The notes under the pieces: model-generated
Seen by the model: only the letters and a program-made list of their open reading frames with translations
What the model was told of the DNA's origin: nothing
The model's database searches: none
Made by a program: the position numbers and the translations under genes
Source of the DNA: a virus
Length of the DNA: 64,000 nucleotides
IMG/VR virus record: IMGVR_UViG_3300045988_107889
Coordinates: 1 to 64,000 of that record
Direction: 5' to 3' (one strand)
Shown: positions 55,041 to 61,671 of the stretch, one piece after another
Layout: each line of letters begins with the position of its first letter
Position numbering within the stretch: the stretch's first letter is position 1

Positions 55041-55132
55041 GGGGAGTTACCTGCGACGGCTCGCAGCGCTGTCTTGAAAACAGCTGGTACGGCTAGTAAC
55101 CGTATGGGGATCGACACCTCAGCTCCTCGCCA
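55041..55132 (+). tRNA. trnS-UGA: tRNA-Ser (anticodon UGA), class II, CCA encoded, non-canonical T-loop AUCGACA
   Basis: Acceptor GGGGAGU/GCUCCUC, anticodon arm GCUGU-CUUGAAA-ACAGC, long variable arm GUACGG..CCGUAU, then G-CCA. Confidence 0.7.
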
Positions 55133-55277
55133 CAAGACCATCAAACAGCACTTTGATAGGTCAAACTAGGCATGGTTTTGTTCACTTCCTTTCTTAAAAA
55201 ATTGTACTGTCTGTACTGTCATTGATCAAAAAATTTTTACTCCCCAAAAGCACCGGGTGCTGACGGCGCTTTTACTT

Positions 55278-55459
55278 GCCTCCGTAGCTCAGCAGGTAGA
55301 GCAGGGGCGGGCATCGAGTTTAGTTGACAACAGCGTGGGTTAAGTAGTTATGAATCAAAGGTGCGGTAAAGGCGCGGTTCAGGCTACTATATGGGCTTTA
55401 TCACTACGCTAACTCGTAATCCCGTCTCCGTGTCACCGGTTCGATTCCGGTCGGAGGCA
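55278..55459 (+). ncRNA. tRNA-shaped RNA with a ~125-nt insertion replacing the anticodon loop region (no encoded CCA)
   Basis: Perfect acceptor GCCUCCG/CGGAGGC, canonical D-arm GCUC-AGCAGGUA-GAGC, canonical T-arm ACCGG-UUCGAUU-CCGGU. Between them lies a long helix GGGGCGGG..CGAG / CUCG..CCCG(U)CUCC. Confidence 0.6.
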
Positions 55460-55571
55460 TAGCCGCAAGCTATGATTAAGAACGTAAGTTCTGTAAGGGC
55501 GGCGTTGCTGACGTTGCTCTAGTCTTACACTCCTACTTGTGACTTGACAGCCCGGAAAGACGGGCAAACAC

Positions 55572-55647
55572 ACCAGCATAGTTTTAAATGGGAAAACAAC
55601 GGTCTCCAAAACCGTAGTTCTAGGTTCGAGTCTTAGTGCTGGTGCCA
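55572..55647 (+). tRNA. trnW-CCA: tRNA-Trp (CCA)
   Basis: ACCAGCA/UGCUGGU acceptor (A1-U72, G73), anticodon arm ACGGU-CUCCAAA-ACCGU, T-loop UUCGAGU, CCA encoded. Confidence 0.85.
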
Positions 55648-55714
55648 CGTGCAAGTTTAATTGCACGGTGTGTAGTGTGAAAAAAGTCATATATTGCTCT
55701 ATGTATATAACCTC

Positions 55715-55863
55715 ACGGCGTAAAAGAGGTTGACTGTCTGACCGCAGTTATTCCAGTGCAATTCTGGTTGCCGTACACGCTGCTCAAAGCGGGTGAAGAG
55801 GTGTGGCACACTCCTTCCGTGCCTCACTTATGACTTCAAGGCGGTGCAATTCCGCCTAGCAGC
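55715..55863 (+). ncRNA. two adjacent tRNA-like / degenerate tRNA elements sharing a hairpin loop UGCAAUU
   Basis: Unit 1 (55715-55774): ACGGCG...CCAG-UGCAAUU-CUGG-UUGCCGU. Unit 2 (55779-55863): GCUGCU...GGCAC-ACUCCUUCC-GUGCC...GGCGG-UGCAAUU-CCGCC-UAGCAGC. Both lack a D-stem and CCA. Confidence 0.35.
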
Positions 55864-56053
55864 TCTCAATCGCTCTAGTTAACTGGTTCTGGGGCGAGGG
55901 TCAAAACCAGCAACCTAAACATTGATTGCAGACACCTGGTTAAGTACAGGCTAGGCAAGAAAGCTCTCAGGCACGGTTGGGCAACACAATCCAGCCCTAT
56001 CCTTTGGTTAGGCCGACTGATTGATAGGGCGGTTGTGGTTGCTGAACAAATAT

Positions 56054-56144
56054 CTCCCTGTAGCTAAATTGGTTATAGCTTCCAACTTATAATTGGAAGG
56101 CCCTCATAAGGTATATGGTGATTCGAATTCACCCAGGGAGACCA
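56054..56144 (+). tRNA. tRNA with anticodon UAU (Ile2-type reading AUA) but a class II-like 19-nt variable arm
   Basis: CUCCCUG/CAGGGAG acceptor, D-arm GCUA..UAGC, anticodon arm UCCAA-CUUAUAA-UUGGA, variable region AGGCCCUCAUAAGGUAUAU, T-arm GGUGA-UUCGAAU-UCACC, A-CCA. Confidence 0.65.
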
Positions 56145-56195
56145 CGATACCACGATAAAAATCTAATTCCATAAATAAGAAAGTGAGGAACTAAT

Positions 56196-56849
56196 ATGAA
56201 CAAAGAAACTATGACCGTCCATAAAGCTCTTGCGGAGCTGAAAATTTTGGACGCTAGAATTTTCAACGCCACTTCTGGCAAAACATTTGTCGCCGCGAAG
56301 AAGGTGAGCGACAAAAAGATCGGCGGTGTGTTGGTCGAAACCCTCAAGAAGGATATGAAGTCTGATTATCAGTCTGTTACGGACTTGATTGCTCGTCGGA
56401 CTGCCATTAAGAGAGCAGTTGTGCTCTCTAATGCCAAAGCTAAGGTAGTAATTGGTGGTGAGACCTATACTGTGGCAGAAGCTATTGAAATGAAGAACCA
56501 TGGCCTCATGGCAAAGAGAGACTTGCTGGATGTAATGGTTCGGCAGTATGAAAAGGCTCGTGCCGAGGTCGCCAAACACGAAGGCGAGTGGATTGAAGCG
56601 AAAGCCGAGCAATACATTATGAATTTCCTTCAGTCGCAGCCCAAAGAGGCCAAGACAACCAAGGATTCTGAGGTCGTTAAGCGGTTGAGAGAAGAGTATA
56701 TTGCCAACAATACGTATGAACTCATTGATCCGCTTGACATTGGTAATGAAATCAAGGTTTTGAGCGATTGGATTGACGCGTTTACTGCGGATGTAGATTC
56801 TCAGCTGTCTGTGTCCAATGCGACCACTACAATCACCGTAGAATACTAA
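56196..56849 (+). CDS. hypothetical protein embedded in the tRNA array
   Basis: 217-aa ORF with RBS gtgaggaactaat-ATG. Helical and Lys/Glu-rich. Confidence 0.7.
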   Translation: MNKETMTVHKALAELKILDARIFNATSGKTFVAAKKVSDKKIGGVLVETLKKDMKSDYQSVTDLIARRTAIKRAVVLSNAKAKVVIGGETYTVAEAIEMKNHGLMAKRDLLDVMVRQYEKARAEVAKHEGEWIEAKAEQYIMNFLQSQPKEAKTTKDSEVVKRLREEYIANNTYELIDPLDIGNEIKVLSDWIDAFTADVDSQLSVSNATTTITVEY

Positions 56850-56856
56850 AATAATC

Positions 56857-57199
56857 AACTTGCTGCAACCCGAAAACCTAAAACGGTAACCCATCGTGCT
56901 GACGGCACTTGGTTCGATGTAAAAATGAACAAATATGTGCCAACTACAAGGCAAACTTGAAATTTTGTGCTTGTAAAAAGATTGGGCGGTTAATCCAAAT
57001 CTCTTATAAAAAGAAGATATTTGCTGTAAAGCTCAAATTTCAAAGCTCGAATTTCAAAATTCAAGGCTCAAAGATCTTCAGAAGATTAAAGTTCAAGGGT
57101 CAACGTTCAATGGTTAAAGTTTTACAAAATCCTGGGTTAATGGTTTGGGTCAGTTATCAACGCCCACGGGTCAACCACCAGGCTGGGTTGTAGCAAGTT
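56857..57199 (+). ncRNA. ~343-nt element closed by a 15-bp helix, containing TTCAA/GCTCAA-type short repeats
   Basis: AACUUGCUGCAACCC (56857-56871) pairs with GGGUUGUAGCAAGUU (57185-57199). The single difference is a G-U wobble only on the plus-strand RNA. The interior has aagctcaaatttca/aagctcgaatttca and ttcaagg(c/g)tcaa repeats. Confidence 0.4.
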
Positions 57200-57205
57200 C
57201 AATAT

Positions 57206-57290
57206 GCGGGATTGGCGGAATTGGTAGACGCATCGTGTTTAAGTCTCGATGTCGAAAGACGTAGGAGTTCGAGTCTCCTATCCCGTACCA
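57206..57290 (+). tRNA. trnL-UAA: tRNA-Leu (UAA)
   Basis: GCGGGAU/AUCCCGU acceptor, anticodon loop UUUAAGU, long variable arm, T-loop UUCGAGU, A-CCA. Confidence 0.8.
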
Positions 57291-57439
57291 AAGAAAAGCC
57301 CATAGTTTGCGGACTATGACACCTGAAAAGTGGCGGTTTGCTTCTGGTAGACCGTAGTAGTGTGTTGACATCCTGGAAGAGACAGGAGTTCCCCTTTTTG
57401 ATCCCCCTTACATAGCTACCCCGCTTTGCGGGGTAGCGT

Positions 57440-57515
57440 GGCCGATTAGTTTAAATGGTAAAACGGCGGATTTGTACCCCGCAGATGTCGAGTTCGAGCC
57501 TCGCATTGGCCTCCA
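57440..57515 (+). tRNA. trnT-UGU: tRNA-Thr (UGU)
   Basis: GGCCGAU/AUUGGCC acceptor, anticodon loop UUUGUAC, T-loop UUCGAGC, U-CCA. Confidence 0.8.
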
Positions 57516-57516
57516 T

Positions 57517-57590
57517 GCTACTATAGTTTAATGGTTGAACGGTTGTTTCGTAAGCAACAGGTTCCAGTTCGATTCTGGGTAGTAGCTCCA
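57517..57590 (+). tRNA. trnT-CGU: tRNA-Thr (CGU)
   Basis: GCUACUA/UAGUAGC acceptor, anticodon arm GUUGU-UUCGUAA-GCAAC, T-loop UUCGAUU, U-CCA. Confidence 0.85.
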
Positions 57591-57593
57591 TAT

Positions 57594-57668
57594 CTGGGTG
57601 TAGCGCAATGGAAGCGCTCCTGATTTGGGATCAGGAGGTTGTCAGTTCGAGCCTGACCACTCAGACCA
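57594..57668 (+). tRNA. trnP-UGG: tRNA-Pro (UGG)
   Basis: C1-G72 acceptor CUGGGUG/CACUCAG, anticodon arm CCUGA-UUUGGGA-UCAGG, A-CCA. Confidence 0.85.
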
Positions 57669-57670
57669 AT

Positions 57671-57745
57671 GCAGGCGTAGTTCAACGGCTAGAACACCGG
57701 TCTTCCAAACCGGAAACGCGAGATCGGCACTCGTCGCCTGCTCCA
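57671..57745 (+). tRNA. trnG-UCC: tRNA-Gly (UCC), non-canonical T-loop AUCGGCA
   Basis: GCAGGCG/CGCCUGC acceptor, anticodon arm CCGGU-CUUCCAA-ACCGG, U-CCA. Confidence 0.8.
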
Positions 57746-57851
57746 TATCAAGCAACAGAAAACGATTCTCCTACCTGTTATTGTTGATAAATCACCTCCT
57801 TTCTTTACATAGCCTGGAATGGCGTTAAACTCTGCTCTGCTTGATTTATAT

Positions 57852-57925
57852 AGCGCCGTAGCATAACGGTAATGCAACGGACTTTGACTCCGTAAACGGT
57901 AGTTCGACACTATCCGGCGCTGCCA
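57852..57925 (+). tRNA. trnQ-UUG: tRNA-Gln (UUG)
   Basis: AGCGCCG/CGGCGCU acceptor, anticodon arm ACGGA-CUUUGAC-UCCGU, T-loop UUCGACA, G-CCA. Confidence 0.8.
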
Positions 57926-57983
57926 CGTTCGTTTTATACGGACACTTGCTTTCATTAACCGGCGGTACCACCGCCGGTAACAT

Positions 57984-58068
57984 GTGGGCGTGATGTAATT
58001 GGCAAACATGCGAGATTTAGGTTCTCGTGTCGAAAGATGTGCGGGTTCGAACCCCGTCGCCCACTCCA
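57984..58068 (+). tRNA. trnL-UAG: tRNA-Leu (UAG)
   Basis: GUGGGCG/CGCCCAC acceptor, anticodon arm CGAGA-UUUAGGU-UCUCG, long variable arm, U-CCA. Confidence 0.85.
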
Positions 58069-58072
58069 TGAT

Positions 58073-58098
58073 AAAGCCGCTGCTTGAGCAGCGGCTTT
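58073..58098 (+). terminator. terminator-like hairpin closing the tRNA array
   Basis: 11-bp stem aaagccgctgc/gcagcggcttt with loop ttga. Confidence 0.6.
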
Positions 58099-58132
58099 AA
58101 ATATATCAGCAAGTTTTAGGAGGTACATACAA

Positions 58133-59005
58133 ATGACAGTGACAGCTTATGAAGAATTGTTGAGCAAGTTGTTGTTCGAAGAACGGAACGGTGGACAGTT
58201 GGCGTATGCTTACGTGTCTCCGGAAATGGCGACGGGTTTGTTGGCTATGTCCGGCGGCAATCGTCCGATCAGTAAGAGCACTGTGAATAAGTACAAGTCC
58301 CATATGATGAATGGCACATGGGATGAAGATACTCCGACTGGCTTTATTATGTTTGATAAGGCTGGTGTTCTTATCGACGGGCATCACCGGCTCGAAGCAG
58401 TGAAGCGCTGCGGTAAGACAGTAAAGATGTTCTTCCTGTTCAATATGGAACGCAGTCCGTACATTGACCGGGGTAGGGCGAGAAGTGAAGCCGACGCTTT
58501 GTGTATGGCCGAGGGCGGAAACAGAGGAAAGATTTCTTCTTACAAGCGCTCGGTTGCAATCTGCATGGTGCTGAATGAGTTTAGTGCGAGGCACTTGGAG
58601 AATGAAGCTAAGAGAGCGGACATGATTTCGAAGCACATCGCTGAATTCTCCTGGGTTAATAGTTTCTTGAAGGTGAGACAGAGAAAACTTGGCACGGCTC
58701 CGGTCACAGCTGCCATGTATCTGGCGAAAGAAGCCGGAGCGAGCGATGTTAAGCTCGAATACTTCTGGAATGTTCTCCAGACTGGTTATGCTGAGTCTAG
58801 TTTGGATAGGCAGATTGTCCGCTTGAGAGATTGGATTAAGGATTCTACTATTGATGGCCGGTGCAAGCATTATCGTCACCGTGTGTTCTTGACGACCTCT
58901 TATGTGTTGTCCAGATGGTTGGACGGCAAGGAAACCAAAGGCGTTCCCGATCCTGAGTGCTTGGTTGTTTGGAACAACGGTCAGCAAAGAATTGATAACG
59001 CATAA
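58133..59005 (+). CDS. ParB/Srx-fold (ParB N-terminal-like) domain protein
   Basis: GVLIDGHHRLEAVKR motif is typical of ParB-like nuclease/NTPase domains. RBS taggaggtacatacaa-ATG. Confidence 0.6.
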   Translation: MTVTAYEELLSKLLFEERNGGQLAYAYVSPEMATGLLAMSGGNRPISKSTVNKYKSHMMNGTWDEDTPTGFIMFDKAGVLIDGHHRLEAVKRCGKTVKMFFLFNMERSPYIDRGRARSEADALCMAEGGNRGKISSYKRSVAICMVLNEFSARHLENEAKRADMISKHIAEFSWVNSFLKVRQRKLGTAPVTAAMYLAKEAGASDVKLEYFWNVLQTGYAESSLDRQIVRLRDWIKDSTIDGRCKHYRHRVFLTTSYVLSRWLDGKETKGVPDPECLVVWNNGQQRIDNA

Positions 59006-59458
59006 ATAGAATCGCAATTTGAACAAACGTCAGTAACTACAGTTAATAACCAACAAAAACATTCGCATTTTTTCTCAAAAAAAATGAGAAGCTATTTCCG
59101 GAACGGGATAGTAATATATTGCCAGAGGAGAGCATCTCGCTGCCAAGCCTGATGGCAGTACCGCCGAGCGACTCGTGCATCCGCCAACCCAGCCGCAGGT
59201 CATCACAAGAGCAGACGCGAAAAAAAAAATGCCCACCACGCAGTCGCCCCGCATCAGAAAGGCACAAGGCTCGAAGCGACATGGAAGGTCGCAACGGTAC
59301 AACTATAGGCAAACGCACCCTGCAAGCAACGCAAGTACATTATGGCGCAAGCCACCTAACGACATCGCTCGATTTCCTGATTTCCTGAGGCCCATATCTA
59401 GGAGTGTAATGTTGGTTTACGACTGAGTTAATAATACATGAAAAAAGGAGTACATAAC

Positions 59459-59848
59459 ATGGAAATTATCGTATGTGGTAACGCAGTAACGCTCAAGAGT
59501 GCTTTCACTCTTGAAGAAATCAATCGCGCAGCTCTGTATCGGCCTAAGTCTGTACAGCTGCTGGACGAAGATGGCAACGCACTGTTTTACACTCTCGCTG
59601 GCGAGAGAGGAGTAGTAGCACCGACCGGTATTATCTATGAGGCTGAGTCTTGTGATGGCTCTGGTCGTGCGGTCGTAACAGTGAGTCTTATTACCGAAGC
59701 TGACCGTTCCGTACGTGAGGTTGTTGCCGAGAGATATGCTTCTGTTATCGAGAAGGTAGAAAAGATTGAAGCCCAGGTGCGCGAAGCGCTGGAAGAGATC
59801 GACGTTATGATGGCACGGGTCAGTTCCAAGATCGTAGTAGCTGGCTAA
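59459..59848 (+). CDS. hypothetical protein
   Basis: Start moved to MEIIVCGN (RBS aaggag plus 9 nt). Confidence 0.6.
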   Translation: MEIIVCGNAVTLKSAFTLEEINRAALYRPKSVQLLDEDGNALFYTLAGERGVVAPTGIIYEAESCDGSGRAVVTVSLITEADRSVREVVAERYASVIEKVEKIEAQVREALEEIDVMMARVSSKIVVAG

Positions 59849-59889
59849 AACAAATAAGCATAGATGTAATAACAGAAAGGAAGTATAAC

Positions 59890-60129
59890 ATGATTATTGT
59901 TAATGTTCGTAGCACCACCCGGCGTTTTGATGGTCAGGCTGTAGATGAGAGCGTGGAAACCCCTCGTTCTCTGTTCGAGAAGATCGGAATTGAGTGCAGC
60001 CGTAGCGTAAATTCTCTTTCCGGCACGATTCTGACGCCTGATGATATGAGTTGCACTTTTGCCGAACTTGGTGCCGCTGGTGTTTGTACTCTGAGTGCTA
60101 TTGTTAAGGCGCAAGGTAACGCGATCTGA
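59890..60129 (+). CDS. hypothetical small protein
   Basis: 79-aa ORF with RBS gaaaggaagtataac-ATG. Confidence 0.55.
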   Translation: MIIVNVRSTTRRFDGQAVDESVETPRSLFEKIGIECSRSVNSLSGTILTPDDMSCTFAELGAAGVCTLSAIVKAQGNAI

Positions 60130-60255
60130 TTCGAGTTAGCACAATCTACGAGGCCGGACAATGTCCGGCCTCGTACATAACACAGTGAGTTGCTGGGAGG
60201 GCATTCGGTTACGTCGGATGACCTGCCAAGAGTTCATAAAGAAAGGAGAAGATAT

Positions 60256-61671
60256 ATGTTTTCAAATTGTTTGAAGCGCAGTGAAGTTTTAGTGCTGGCC
60301 CCAGAGCTGGAGTCTGAGTTTTCTAATATTGCTGGCGACGGGACGTTCAAAGGCGATGACTTTGCGTTGGCAATGGCTCGGTTGTTTTTGAAGCCAAGAG
60401 TTCCGGCGGACGTGTGCATCACGGTTAGAGTGGTGGATTCTAATTGTGCTGATTGGATTACGTGGATAAAAGACAAAGAGCGTTTTTCGGAGGTGACTTC
60501 TCAAGACAACACAATTACATTTTGCGTGTGTGATAAGGTTAAGGCCGTAGAAACTTTAGTCAGTAATATGAAATGTGCGAGCAGTTGGAAAGAGAAGACG
60601 GCAAGAGAGCTGAATCTAATGAAAGAACGACTCGGTATCATACTGAGAATTTTCAGTAATGAAGAGAGGAAGAGTACGGTTGTCCTTACCGACGTGGATA
60701 ACTATGGCTCGTGGCATTACCTAGTGTGTCTTTTCAATGTATTCTGCCCATGGTACATTAAAGACAGGACTGAAGCGGAGTCAAAGTTTATTAAGATTCT
60801 GTCCAAAGAAGACTCCGGCATGAGTGTAATCTGTAAAGCGATGAACGATATGGTTGCCGCTGCTGTGGACGTGGCCTCAGCTAAAAAGAGATATTACCTT
60901 TATGGCTATGAGGGAAAGCTAAGGAACGTACAGAGGGAAAGATACACAAAGAAGATGGAGAGTGCAAGAAGTCAGATCAATAAATTGACGTCCGATTTGA
61001 GAGATTGGTATAGAGAATACGAAGGTTGGTCTTTGTTGGTGGCAGCAATTGACAACAGTAATGTTGAGAGCAAGAACGAGTTAATGGATTATTTTCTGTC
61101 GAACAAAAATGTGTCTGTTGAGAGCGGTGACAAAGATGGGAATATCGTATATGTTGTAACTGGTTATATGACACTGTTTGATCCAGAGATTGCGAGAGAG
61201 TACATCAACAATTGGTCGTCGATTTTTTATACGCAGTCTTCGTATGCGGGCCTGACAGAAAGTGATACTAAAAAGTTAATGACAGGGATTTTCATTGACT
61301 CTGATATCAAAGTAAGAATGTGTTCCGCATGGAGACTTTCTTTCGGAGGAGGGGTACTACCCATCGTGGCATATGGGTATGGCTGTGAATACAACAGCTA
61401 TCTCCCCAACACACACCTTGATAAATATGGTTGCATGGGGAGCTGGCAACAGGCGTTAGAGAAATCTTGCGACAAATGTGACTACGTTTATACGGTAGAC
61501 ACGACGTGTGCCGAAAGCGGGAATCTGAATCTTAGTGATACTGTCGTATTGAGATCATTCCTTGAAGAGTTGTTGAGAGAAGGCGCTGTAGTATTGGAGT
61601 TGCCGGATGGGCGAGTAGTTAATTACATCGACGCAATTAAATGGATAAAGGAGAATAAGAGCAATGAATAA
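60256..61671 (+). CDS. hypothetical 471-aa protein, translationally coupled to the JAB protein
   Basis: Start moved to MFSNCLK (RBS aaaggagaagatat-ATG). C-terminal Cys/His-rich part. 8-nt overlap with the next gene. Confidence 0.65.
   Translation: MFSNCLKRSEVLVLAPELESEFSNIAGDGTFKGDDFALAMARLFLKPRVPADVCITVRVVDSNCADWITWIKDKERFSEVTSQDNTITFCVCDKVKAVETLVSNMKCASSWKEKTARELNLMKERLGIILRIFSNEERKSTVVLTDVDNYGSWHYLVCLFNVFCPWYIKDRTEAESKFIKILSKEDSGMSVICKAMNDMVAAAVDVASAKKRYYLYGYEGKLRNVQRERYTKKMESARSQINKLTSDLRDWYREYEGWSLLVAAIDNSNVESKNELMDYFLSNKNVSVESGDKDGNIVYVVTGYMTLFDPEIAREYINNWSSIFYTQSSYAGLTESDTKKLMTGIFIDSDIKVRMCSAWRLSFGGGVLPIVAYGYGCEYNSYLPNTHLDKYGCMGSWQQALEKSCDKCDYVYTVDTTCAESGNLNLSDTVVLRSFLEELLREGAVVLELPDGRVVNYIDAIKWIKENKSNE

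Noticed and set aside
55278-55459. tmRNA-like interpretation of the interrupted tRNA. The insertion contains AUG AAU CAA ... CGC UAA, a 20-codon frame.
   Set aside because: No G3-U70 alanine identity pair (3-70 is C-G). A full D-arm is present, unlike in tmRNA. It is only 182 nt, has no pseudoknots and no Ala-rich tag ending, and lacks CCA.
53702-59026. Long antisense ORFs 53702-54445 (-), 56163-56954 (-) and 58106-59026 (-).
   Set aside because: Each is antisense to a plus-strand gene with a good RBS and, for ArdA and the ParB-like protein, recognisable motifs. They are therefore shadow frames.
60147-60175. Long perfect hairpin tacgaggccggaca/tgtccggcctcgta after gene 59890-60129, considered as a terminator.
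   Set aside because: No U-run follows on either strand. It may be an RNA-stability or processing element rather than an intrinsic terminator.
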